From: Paragordius varius
Taxonomy: Eukaryota; Animalia; Nematomorpha
DNA: 64,000 nt
Assembly (NCBI GenBank): GCA_964247055.1
Contig: OZ176060.1
Location: 1,054,001 to 1,118,000, forward strand
Direction of reading: 5' to 3'
Positions 1 through 12,830 of this stretch are shown in pieces. The position numbers and the translations under genes were made by a program. The notes under the pieces were generated by a model, which did not search any database, was not told the DNA's origin, and saw only the letters and a list, made by a program, of their open reading frames with translations. Within the stretch, counting starts at the first letter, position 1, and each line of letters opens with the position of its first letter.

Positions 1-612
1 ATAAAAATTTATTTCTTAATATTTTTGAATAAAAATGACATATTTTATGTCATTATTCAAGATAAAAAAATTAGTAAAAACTAGAAAAATTAGAAAATTT
101 GCTAGTTTTACAGTTAAAATGAATTATTTAATATTTGTCACTCAAAATTGAGAAATTTAATCAAAAATGAGCAAAAACTAGAAAAATAACTAAAATACCC
201 ACAAAATATCCATCAAATCTTCAAAAAATCATCAAAAATGTCATTTTTCAAACAAAAATAATCTTCAAAAATATTAATTTTAATGAAAAAATCATCATTT
301 TCAACAAAAAAATAATCAAAATTAATCAAAAAAATTCAAAAAATTCAAAAAATTATTCAAAAAATAACAATATTCCTCAAAAATAACAATATTTCATTCA
401 AAAATAACAATTTTCTCCTTTCTTATACATATATATATAATAACAAAAATAACAAACAAAAATAACAAACATCACTCATTTCATCCACATACATATATAA
501 ATGAGAGAGAGAGTCACTTTCCCCTACAACTACAACAACAATTAAGAGTGATGTGTGTGAGTGATGTGTGTGAGTGGTGGAGTGAGTGGAGAGAGAGAGA
601 GAGAGAGTGTGT

Positions 613-670
613 ACAACTACACTCACAACAAGAGTGATGACGTCATCACTCTTGTTGTGAGTGTAGTTGT
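613..670. repeat. Perfect loop-less palindrome, 58 bp (exemplar; one per monomer, arms 26-30 bp in 46 of 49 copies)
   Basis: ACAACTACACTCACAACAAGAGTGATGAC|GTCATCACTCTTGTTGTGAGTGTAGTTGT; the right arm is the exact reverse complement of the left. Confidence 0.98.
637..646. promoter_or_regulatory. ATGACGTCAT, full CRE-type bZIP (ATF/CREB) consensus at the dyad axis (exemplar; TGACGTCA present in all 49 monomers)
   Basis: Exact match to the TGACGTCA octamer. The motif is certain; binding or regulatory function is not shown by sequence. Confidence 0.35.
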
Positions 671-3600
671 GAGTGATGTATTATTATTATTAGAAGAAGA
701 AGAAGAGAAGAAGAGAGAGAAGAAGGTTTTGTTGTTGATTCTTGTTGACACAGACACACATACATGATTGAATGAATGAATGAAGAAAATGTTACTCACT
801 ACTACTACTAAAGAAGAATGAAGAATATTGTTGGAGAAATACTAAATATTCTTGTTTTTTATACTGATTTTTGACTAAAAATGAAGAATTTTGGACATTC
901 TTACTAAATTTATGAATATTTATAGTTGAAAATGACATTTTTTCTACAATTTTAATGAAAAACAAGATTATTTCTGTGTTAAGATGACAATTTTGACACT
1001 TTTTTTGATAAAAATGAAGAATTTTGGACAATTTAATGAATATTTTTAAATATTTTGTTGAAAATTGACATTTTTAATACTTTTTAAGGTTTTTCTAGTG
1101 AAAATTCATGAATAATTGAGTTAAAATTTGAATAATTAGGAATTTTTATATTAAAATTTGAGTTTTTTTTCTAATTTTTCACTGAAAAAATGAATTTTTA
1201 CTTAAATTTTTGACACAAAAATGAATTTTTAGTTGAAATTTATCAAAAATTATTGAAAAAATGAATAAAATTTCAAAAATTAACACTTTTTTGATAAAAA
1301 AATAATTTTTTTCTCAAAATTCTGAATAAAAATTGACTTTTTTTCAAATTTTACAATAAAAAATGAATATTTTGTCTAATTTTTGATTCAAAAAAGGAAT
1401 TTTTAGTTGAAATTTATCAAAAATTATCAAAAAAATGAATAAAAATGTTAAAATTTTGAATTTTTTCAATATAAATATATTAATTTTTGTATTTTTTTGA
1501 TTAAAAACTAAATTATTCCTACGTAAAAATGAAATTTTAATCAAAAATGAGTAAAAATTGACAAAAAATAAGTAAAATATCCAACAAATTTTCAAAAAAT
1601 GTTCAAAAATGTCATTTATAAACCAAAAAAATGATAAAAAGTAACAAAAATAATTCAAAAATTCAAAAAAATAATCAAAAAAATTAAAAAAATTTAAAAA
1701 AATATTCAATTTCAACAAAAAAAATTCTTAAAATTGTCCTATTATTACACAAAAATAACAATGTTTCATTCAAAAATAACACTTTTCATTCTTCTTCTCT
1801 ATATATATACATATATATAATAACAAAAATAACAAATGACACTCATTTCATCACATATATAAATGAGAGAGAATGAGAGATGCAGCTACAACAACAATTA
1901 CTAGTGTGATGTGTGTGCATGAGTGAGTGGAGAGAGAGAGATGTATACACAACTACACTCATAACAAGAGTGATGACGTCATCACTCTTGTGGTGAGTGT
2001 TGTTGTGATGGACACTTACTCATTTAATAATGAAGAAGAAGAAGAGAAGAGTAGAGAAGAATGTTTTTGTTGTTGATTCTTGTTGACACACACATATATA
2101 CATGATTGAATGAATGAATGATGAAAATGTTACACTACTACTAAAGAAGAATAATGAGGAATATTGATGGAGAAATGAAGAAATTCTTGTTTTTTATACT
2201 GTTTTTTGAATAAAATGAAGAATTTTGGACATTTTTAATGAAAATTAATGAATATTACACTTGGAAATGACAATTTTGACATATTTTTTGATAAAAATGA
2301 AGAATTTTGGACATTCTTATTAATATTTTTGTTAAAAATTGATATTTTTGACACTTTTTAGGTTGTTTTTCTCAAGAATTCATCAATAATTGAGTTGAAA
2401 TTTAGAGAATTTTGAGTTTTTTCACTAAAATTTGATTTTTTTGTTAATTTTTTCAATAAAAAGTCATTTTTTTCACTAATTTTTAACTAAAAAATCAATT
2501 TTTCATTCTTTTTTTAACAAAAATGATGTTTTTTCTTGAAATTTTTCAGAAATTTTGACAAAATGAGCAAAATCTTTCAAAATTGAGAATTTTTTCCAAT
2601 AAAAATGAATTTATTCCTTAATTTTTGAATAAAAATTGAATTTTCTCTTGAAATTGAGCAGAAATTCTTCAAAAAATAAGTGAAATTTGTAAAAATTTAG
2701 TATTTTTTGAACAAAAATTAATTATTTCTTACTGAAAATTGAGTATTTTTATCAAAAATCGATTAAAAACTAGAGAAAATAACAAAAATTAAGTAAAATA
2801 TTCATCAAATCTTCAAAAATTCTTCAAAAATATCATTTTTCAACAAAAATAATCTTAAAATTCTAAATAATCAAACAAAAAATCAAAAATATTCAACATC
2901 AACAATGAAAAAATTAAAAAAAATAGTCAAAAATATTCAAAAATATTAAAAAATAACAAAATTCAACAAAAAATAACAATTTTTCATTCAAAAATTGCAT
3001 TCTTCATTCTTCTTCTCTATATACATATATATATATATACATATATATAATAATAATAATAACAAAAATAACAAATGACACTCATTTCATCCATTTACAA
3101 TTGAGAGAGAGAGAGATGTGTAGCAGCAACAACAACAGCAACAAGAGTGATGTGTGAGAGAGAGTGATGAGAGAGTGTGTACAACTACACTCACCACAAG
3201 AGTGATGACGTCATCACTCTTGTGGTGAGTGTAGTTGTTGTGAGTGATGAAGAAGAATATTATTATTATTAGAAGAAGAGGAAGAGAAGAGTTGAGAGAG
3301 AAGAATGTTTTTGTTGTTTATTCTTGTTGATACACATACACACATACATGATTGAATGAATGAATGAAGAAATTGTTACACTACTACTACAAAAGAAGAA
3401 TGAAGAATATTGATGGAGAAGTGATGATTATTCCTGTTTTTCACTTATTTTTGAATAAGAATAAGGTTTTTTGAGACAATTTTACTAAATTTATGAATAT
3501 TTCTGTGTTAAATTGACATTTTTGACACTTTTTTGATAATTTTACTCAAAATTCATGAATAAATGAGTTAAAATTTGAAGAATTTTGAGTTTTTTTCGAA

Positions 3601-6600
3601 TTTTTAACTAAAAATGAAGATTTTTTCTATGAATTTTTGATTAAAAAGATGAATTTTTCTTATTTTTTGAATAAAACATCAATTTTTAGTTGAATTTTTG
3701 ATGAAATTCTTGAAAAAATGAATAAAAATTTGAAAAATTAACACTTTTATTCAATAAATTTTATTTTTTTTGAATATTTTTGAATAAAAAATCAATTTTT
3801 AGTTCAAATTTATCAAAAATTGTCAAAAAAATGAGTAAAAATTAGAAAAAAAAGTGAAAATTTGCTAATTTTACTGTAAAAAATAATTAATTCTTACTCA
3901 AAATTGTCAATTATCATTGAAAAATAAGTAAAAACAAGAAAAAATGACAAAAAATAAGTAAAATATCCACTAAATATTCATAAAATCATCAAAAATGTCA
4001 TTTATAAACCAAAAAAATAATAAAAAATAACAAAAACAATTGAAAAATTAAAAAAAAAAATTCAAAAAATATCAAAAAATACTCAAAAAATAAAAAAATT
4101 AACAAAATTTCACAAAAAATAACAATTTTTCATTTAAAAATTCTTAAAATTGTCTTTATTCATTCAAAAATAACAATTCTTCTTCTCTATATACATATAT
4201 ATATAATAACAAAAATAACAAATAAAAATAACAATCATCACTCATTTCATCACATACATAAATGAGAGAGAAACACCCACACTCACTTTGTACAACAACA
4301 ACTACAACAACAACTAGTAGTGTGTGAGTGGAGAGAGAATGATATACAACAACACTCACCACAAGAGTGATGACGTCATCACTCTTGTGGTGAGTGTTGT
4401 TGTGACTGACACTTGTTATTAATGAAGAAGAATATTATTATTATTGGTTGAAGAAGAAGAAGAGAAGAGTTGAGAGAGAGAGAAGAAGGTTTTTTGTTGT
4501 TGATTCTTGTTGACACAAACACACATATATACATGATTAAATGAATGAATGAAGAGAATGTTACACTACTACTAAGAAGAATGAAGAATATTGTTGGAGA
4601 GATGATGATTAATCTTGATTTTTGTACTGTTTTTGACTAAAAATAAGAATTTTTGAGACAATTTTACTAGAAATAATGAATAATGTTGTTGAAAATGACA
4701 TTTTTGACACTTTTTGTTGATAAAAATGAAGAATTGTGAGACAATTTAAATGAAAAACAAGAATATTAGACTTAAAAATGACATTTTAGACACTTTTTAA
4801 TGATTTTTATTAATTTTTCATGAATAATACAGTTAAAACTTCAAGAATTTTCAGTTTTTTCAACAAAATTTCAGTTTTTTTTCTAATTTTTGACTAAAAT
4901 TAATCATTTTTCTTGTATTTTTGATTTAAAAAATGAATTTTTAGTTGAAATTTATCAAAAATTCTTGAAAAAATGAATAAAATCTCAAAAAATAACACTT
5001 TTTTTGATGAAAAAATAATTTTTTTCTCAAATTTCTCAATAAAAATTGAATTTATTCTTGAAATTTAGCAAAAATTGTCAAAAAATTGAGTAAAAATGAG
5101 TCAAAACTAGAAAAATTAGTGAAAATTTGTTAATTTTACTGTAAAAATGAATTTTTTTGAATAAAAAATAAATGATTTCTACTTAAAAATGAAAAATTTA
5201 ATTAAAAAATAAGTAAAAAGCACAAAAAAATAATAAAAAATATTCAAAATATCCAAAAAATATTCATAAAATCATCAAAAATGTCATTTTTTAACAAAAA
5301 AATCTTCAAAAATATTAATTTTAATGAATAAATCATCAATTTTTAACAAAAAAATAAAAAAAAATAACAATATTACACAAAAAATAACAATTTTTCATTC
5401 AAAAATAACAATGTTTCATTCAAAAATAACATTTTTATTCTTCTTCTCTATATACATATATATAAGAATAAAAATAACAAAAATAACAAATGACACTCAT
5501 TTCATTCATTTACAATTGATGGGAGTGTGAGACAGAGAGATGTGCAGCAACAACAACAATTAAGAGTGATGTGTATGTGTGTGAGAGAGTGAGTGGAGAG
5601 AGAGATGTGTGTAACAACAACAACACTCACCACAAGAGTGATGACGTCATCACTCTTGTGGTGAGTGTTGTTGTGATGGACACTTACTCATTTAATAATG
5701 AAGAAGAAGAAGAGAAGAGAGAGAAGAATGTTTTTGTTGTTGATTCTTGTTGACACACACATATATACATGATTGATTGAATGAATGAAGAAACTGTTAC
5801 TCACTACTACTAAAGAAGAATGAAGAATATTGTTGAAGAGATGATGATTATTCTTGTTTTTTATACTGTTTTTTGAATAAAAATGACGATTTTTGAGACA
5901 ATTATACTCAAAATTAAGAATATTTTTGTGTTTAATTGACATTTTTGACACTTTTAAGCTTGTTTTTCTCATAATTCATGAATAAATGAATGAATTTTTG
6001 AACAATTTTGATTTTTTTGAGTAAAATTTGAGATTTTTAACTGAAAAATGAACTTTTTTTCTCTAATTTTTGATTAAAAAGATGAATTTTTCTTATTTTT
6101 TGAATAAAACATCAATTTTTAGTTGAAATTTATGAAAAATTCTCGAAAAAATGATTAAAAATTTCGAAAATTAAGAGTTTTATTCATGAAAATTCATTTT
6201 TTTGGTCAAATTTTAAATAAAAATTAAATTTTCTCTTGAAATTTCTCAAAAATTCTTCAAAAAATAAGTGAAAATTACAAAAATTCAGAATTTTTTGAAT
6301 AAAAAATGAATTATTCATCGTCAAAATTGAATTTTTCATTATTTAATGAGTAAAAAGTACTAAAAATGACAAAAAAATAAGTAAAATATCCACAAAATAT
6401 TCAAAAAATCATCAAAAATGTCATTTTTAAACCAAAAAATTCTTCAAAAATATTAATTTTAATGAAAAAATAACAAAAATAATTAAAAAATATTCAAAAA
6501 AAATCAAAAAAATAAAAAAATATACAAAATTCAACAAAAAATTAAAAATATTCTTAAAATTGTCCTATTATTCAACAAAAAATAACATTTTTCATTCAAA

Positions 6601-6803
6601 AATAACAATTTTCTCCTTTCTTATATACATATATATATAATAACAAAAATAACAAATAAAAATAACAAATAAAAATAACAAAAATCACTCATTTCATCAC
6701 ATACATATAAATGAGAGAGAATGAGAGAAACACACCCACATAGTCCAACAACAACTACAACAACAACAACTAGTGTGAGAGAGAGAGAGAGTGTAACACA
6801 CCA

Positions 6804-6863
6804 CCATCACACACACATCAAATGAGTGATGACGTCATCACTCATTTGATGTGTGTGTGATGG
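6804..6863. repeat. Variant palindrome, ATCAAAT arm type, 60 bp (also at dyads 24682, 35767, 37071)
   Basis: CCATCACACACACATCAAATGAGTGATGAC|GTCATCACTCATTTGATGTGTGTGTGATGG; ATCAAAT replaces AACAA in both arms. Confidence 0.97.
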
Positions 6864-9844
6864 ACACTTATTCACTCACTTACTATTAATAAATGAAGAA
6901 GAAGAAGAAGAAGAAGAAGAGAAGAGAGAGAAGAAGGTTTTGTTGTTGATTCTTGTTGATACACACATACACATACAAGATTAAATGAATGAATGAAGAA
7001 AATGTTACACTACTACTAGAGAAGAATGATGAATATTGTTGGAGAAATACTAAATATTCTTGATTTTCATCATTTTTTTGAATAAAATGAAGAATTTTTG
7101 AGACAATTATTACTAAATTTATGTATATTACTATTAAAGTTGACATTTTTTAATAATTTTAAGGTTGTTTTTCTCATAATTCATGAATAATTGAGTTTTA
7201 AATTGAAGAATTTTGAGTTTTTCCACTTGAAATTTACTTTTTTTGATTTTTTTTTCAATAAAAATTATTTTTTTCTCTAATTTTTGAATGAAAATGAAGA
7301 ATTTTGGACAATTTTAATGAAAAACAAGAATTTTTTTGTATAAAAATGATATTTTTGACACTTTTTTTGATGATTTACTCAATAATTCTGAAAAAATGAA
7401 TGAAAATCTGGAAAAATGAAGAATTTTTTCACTAAAAATTGACTTTTTTTTAAATTTTACAGTAAAAAATGAATATTTTCTCTACTTTTTGATTAAAAAA
7501 ATGAATTTTTCTTATTTTTTGAACAAAAATGATGTTTTTTCTTGAAATTTTTGAGAAATTCTTACAAAATTCAACAAAAATTTCAAAAATTGACACTTTT
7601 TTTGATGAAAAAATCAATTTTTTGAATATTTTTGAGTAAAAATTGACAATTTTCATGTGATTATTCAATAATTCTAGAAAAAATGAGTAAAAATGAGTAA
7701 AAACAAGCAAAAATTATAGAAAATTTGAAATTTTTACTGTAAAAATGAATTTTATTTTGAATATCATGAATAAAAATGTTATTTTCTCTCAAAAAAAGTG
7801 TCGAAAAATTCTTCAAAAATAAGTAAAATCTTCAAAAATGTCACTTTTAAACCAAAAAATTAATAAAAAATAACAAAATTCAACATCAACAATGAAAAAA
7901 TTAATAAAAATTAAGAAAAATCATTAAAAAAATTAAAAAAATTAAAAATATTCTTAAAATTGTCCTATTATTACAGAAAAAATAACAATGTTTCATTCAA
8001 AAATAACATTCTTCATTCTTTATATATATATATATATATAAGATTAAAAATAACAAAAATAACAATGTCAAAGTAACAAATGACACTCATTTCATCCACA
8101 TACATAAATGAGAGAGAGAGAGAGAGAGTTGTGCAGCAACAACAACTACAACTAGTGTGTGTGTGAGAGAGATGTACAACAACACACACAACAAGAGTGA
8201 TGACGTCATCACTCTTGTTGTGTGTGTTGTTGTGAGTGACACTTACTCACTTGTATTATTATTATTATTAGTAGTAGAAGAAGAAGAGAAGAGAAGAGAG
8301 AGAAGAATGTTTTGTTGTTGATTCTTGTTGAGACACATACACACATACATGATTGAATGAATGAATGATGAAAATGTTACTCACTACTACTACTAAAGAA
8401 GAATGAAGAAGAAATTGTTGAAGAAGTGAGTGTTATTCTTGTTTTTCATTCTTTTTTTGACTAAAATGATTGTTTTTTTGAACAATTTTACAAGAATTAT
8501 TAATCTTTTAGTTGAAAAAGACATTTTTGATACTTTTTTTTGATGAAAATGAAGATTTTTAGACATTTTTAATGTAAATCATGAATATTTAGGTTGAATA
8601 TTGACAATTTTGATACTTTTTAAGGTTATTCTAGTGAAAATTCATAAATAAATGTGTTAAAATTTGAAGAATTTTGATTTTTTTCACCTAAAATTGAGTT
8701 TTTTTTTTACTTTTTCACTGAAAAAATGAATTTTTTCTAAAATTTTTGACAAAAAAGTGAAATTTTGGTTGAAATTTATCAAAAATTGTTGCAAAATTGA
8801 ACAAAAATTTCAGAAATTAACACTTTTTTTGACAAAAAGATGAATTTTTCTTATTTTTTTGTATAAAACATCAATTTTTAGTTGAATTTTTGATGAAATT
8901 CTTGAAAAAATGAATAAAAATTTCAAAAATTGACATTTTTTTTGATTAAAAATCATTTATTTTTGAATTTTCATGAATAAAAAATGAATATTTCTATGAT
9001 ATTTTTGTAAAATTGTCAAAAAAATGAGTGAAAATGAGTAAAAAGTTGAAAAATTTGCTAAATTTACTGTAAAAGCAATTATTTCAAATAAAAACTCAAT
9101 TATTACTACTTAAAAATGAGAATTTTAATCAAAAAATGAATAAAAATCACAAAAAATGAATAAAAAATAAGTAAAATATCCACAAAATATTAAAAAAATG
9201 ATCAAAAATGTCATTTTTAAACAAAATAATCTTCAAAAATATTAATTTTAATCAAAAATCATCATTTTCAACAAAAAAATTAAAAAAAAAATCAAAAAAT
9301 ATTCAAAAATGTCATTTTTCATTTAAAAATTCTTAAAATTGTCCTATTTTTCATTCAAAAATAACAATTTTCATTCTTATTTATATATACATATATATAT
9401 AATAATAATAATATTAATATAACAAATAAAAATAACAAACATCACTCATTTCATCACATACATAAATGAGAGAGAAACACCCACACTCACTTTGTACAAC
9501 AACAACAATTAAGAATGATGTGTATGTGTGAGAGTGATGTGTGTGAGAGAGAGTGTAACTACAACAACACTCACCACAAGAGTGATGACGTCATCACTCT
9601 TGTGGTGAGTGTTGTTGTGATGGACACTTGTTAATTAATGAAGAAGAAGAAGAAGAGAAGAGAGAGAGAAGAAGGTTTTTGTTGTTGATTCTTGTTGAGA
9701 CACACACACACATACAAGATTGAATGAATGAATGAAGAAAATGTTACTCACTACTACTAAAGAAGAATGAAGAAATTGTTGAAGATATACTAAATATTCT
9801 TGTTTTACTACTGTTTTTGAATAAAATCAAGATTTTTGACACAT

Positions 9845-11571
9845 TTTTGATGAATTTATTAATATTACACTTAAAAATGACTATTTTGACAATTTTTAAG
9901 GTTATTTTTATCTAAATTCATGAATAATTGAGTTAAAATATTGAAAATTAAGAATTTTTCAGTGAAAATTTAGTTTTTTTTTCTAGTTTTTTGAATAAAT
10001 TCTGAATATTTCTCATTTTTTTCAATAATTTTTGAGTTTTTTCTTAAAATTGTTGAGAAATTCTCACAAAAATGAGTAAAATTTGTAAAAATTTGAGTTT
10101 TTTTTCAACAAAACTGAATTAATTTTCAATTTTTTGAGAAAAAAATGAATTTTTAGTTGAAATTCATCAAAAATTATCAAAAAAATGAGCAAAAACTCAA
10201 AAAAATAAGTGAAATATTTAAAAATTTAGAATTTTTTAGATAAAAAATGAATTATTCATCGTCAAAATTGAATTTTTCATTAAAAACTGAGTAAAAAGTA
10301 GTAAAAATGACCAAAAATAACTAAAATATCCACACAAAATATTCAAAAAATGTCCAAAAATGTCATTTCTTTAACCAAAAAATTCTTCAAAAATATTAAT
10401 TTTAATCAAAAAATCATCATTTTCAACAAAAAAATTAAAAAAAAATCAAAAAATATTCAAAAAATGTCATTTTTCAACAAAAAATATTCTTAAAATTGTC
10501 TTTATTTAATCAAAAAATAACAATTCTTCTTCTCTATATATACATATACATATATAATAATAAAAATAACAAATTAAAAATAACAAATAAAAATAACAAA
10601 TGACACTCATTTCATCCACATACATATATAAATGAGTGAGAATGAGAGAGAGTGTATGTGTAGCAACAACAACAACAACTACAACTACAACAATCACTAG
10701 TGTGTGAGTGGTGAGTGAGTGGAGAGAGAGAGAGTGTACCACAACAACACTCACCACAAGAGTGATGACGTCATCACTCTTGTGGTGAGTGTTGTTAAAG
10801 AAGAAGAATATTATTATTAGAGTAGAAGAAGAAGAAGAGAAGAGAGAGAAGAATGATTTTGTTGTTGATTCTTGTTGAGATACACACATATATACATGAT
10901 TGAATGAATGAATGAAGAGAATGTTACACTACTACTAAGAAGAATGATGAATATTGTTGAAGAAATACTAAATATTCTTGTTTTACTACTGTTTTTGATT
11001 AAAATGAAGAATTTTGAGACAATTTTGATGAATTTATTAATATTACACTTAAAAATGACTATTTTGACAATTTTTAAGGTTATTTTTATCTAAATTCATG
11101 AATAATTGAGTTAAAATATTGAAAATTAAGAATTTTTCAGTGAAAATTTAGTTTTTTTTTCTAGTTTTTTGAATAAATTCTGAATATTTCTCATTTTTTT
11201 CAATAATTTTTGAGTTTTTTCTTAAAATTGTTGAGAAATTCTCACAAAAATGAGTAAAATTTGTAAAAATTTGAGTTTTTTTTCAACAAAACTGAATTAA
11301 TTTTCAATTTTTTGAGAAAAAAATGAATTTTTAGTTGAAATTCATCAAAAATTATCAAAAAAATGAGCAAAAACTCAAAAAAATAAGTGAAATATTTAAA
11401 AATTTAGAATTTTTTAGATAAAAAATGAATTATTCATCGTCAAAATTGAATTTTTCATTAAAAACTGAGTAAAAAGTAGTAAAAATGACCAAAAATAACT
11501 AAAATATCCACACAAAATATTCAAAAAATGTCCAAAAATGTCATTTCTTTAACCAAAAAATTCTTCAAAAA
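9845..11571 (+). repeat. Near-identical duplicated spacer segment (~550 bp, offset 1178)
   Basis: TGAATTTATTAATATTACAC begins at 9851 and 11029; near-identity continues to about 10393/11571, while the dyad modules of the neighbouring monomers differ. Confidence 0.85.
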
Positions 11572-12830
11572 ATAATATTAAAATATTAAAAAATCAAAAA
11601 ATACTCAAAAAATTAAACAAAAAATCAAAAAAATAAAAAAATAATCTTAAAATTGTCTTTATTTATTCAAAAAATAACAATATTACACAAAAAAATAATA
11701 TTTCATTCAAAAATAACATTCTTCATTCTTCTTCTCTATATACATATATATATATAAAATAATAAAAATAACAAAAATAACAAATATATATACAAATACA
11801 TATATTCTTCTTATAAATGAGTGTGAGAGAGAGAGATGTGCAGCAGCACAACAGCAACAACAACAACTACAAGAAGGATGTGTGTGAGAGAGAGAGTGTG
11901 TAACTACAACAACACTCACAACAAGAGTGATGACGTCATCACTCTTGTTGTGAGTGTTGTTGAAGAAGAATATTATTATTATTAGATGAAGAAGAAGAAG
12001 AAGAAGAGAAGAGAGAAAAAGAATGTTTTTGTTGTTGATTCTTGTTTGACACATACATACATGATTAAATGAATGAATGAATGAATGAAGAGAATGTTAC
12101 TCACTACTACTACTAAGAAGAATGAAGAATATTGTTGAAGAAATGAGTGTCATTCTTGATTTTCATTCTTTTTTAGACTAAAATGATTGTTTTTTTGAAC
12201 AATTTTACAAGAATTATTAATCTTTTAGTTGAAAATTAACAATTTTTATACATTTTTTGATGAAAATGAATGTTTTTTGGACATTTTTAATGTAAATCAT
12301 GAATATTTAGGTTGAATATTGACAATTTTGATACTTTTTAAGGTTATTCTAGTGAAAATTCATGAATAAATGTGTTAAAATTTGAAGAATTTTCAGTTTT
12401 TTGAACAAAAATTGAGTATTTTTGCTAATTTTGTGAATAAAAATTCATTTTTTTCTCTAATTTTTGATTCAAATTTTTAGGATTTTCGGAGTTAAAATAC
12501 ACATTTTTAGCATTCAGCTGCCGGAAAATTATTTTTTAATTTCTCTAAATCAGCTATTTTTACTTTTTTTTCGTTTTTTAAACGGAGCTCAGAATTTCCA
12601 CCTTAAAAAAATGTAAGAAAATTTTGGGGCTGGTAGTTCCTTGCTCAACAACGTTTAAAAAAATTCATTTCATTAAAAAAATTTTAGAATTATCTGTTTT
12701 TAGAATATCCTCAGGTAAACATTTTGAACTCCTTAAACTAGAAATTTGATATAAAAATAGCCAAATCAGCTGTTTTAGTCATTTTTTACTTCATAAAAAT
12801 AATTTTTATGAAATATTATATAAAATCGGA

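Larger units (their letters stand above)
361..830 (+). repeat. Composite microsatellite cassette around each dyad (exemplar)
   Basis: Conserved order: AAAAATAACAA subrepeats, TTCTTC, (TA)n, AACAAAAATAAC, CACTCATTTCAT, (GA)n, (CAA)n, (GT)n(GA)n, palindrome, (TAT)n, (GAA)n, (GTT)n, (CA)n, (TGAA)n, (ACT)n, GAAGAATGA. Tract lengths vary between monomers. Confidence 0.9.
1..12473. repeat. Tandem array of ~1.2 kb palindrome-centred satellite monomer, left block (10 dyads)
   Basis: Dyad centres (C of the central CG) at 641, 1977, 3209, 4374, 5645, 6833, 8204, 9589, 10769, 11934; spacing 1165-1385 bp. Module order is the same in every copy. Similarity to the monomer stops abruptly after ...CTCTAATTTTTGATTC near 12470. 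Confidence 0.97.

Noticed and set aside
475-505. Small stem CTCATTT...AAATGAG upstream of the dyad
   Set aside because: The 3' side is lost in many monomers (e.g. CAATTGATG, CAATTAAAAG, AAATGATAC) without compensatory change.
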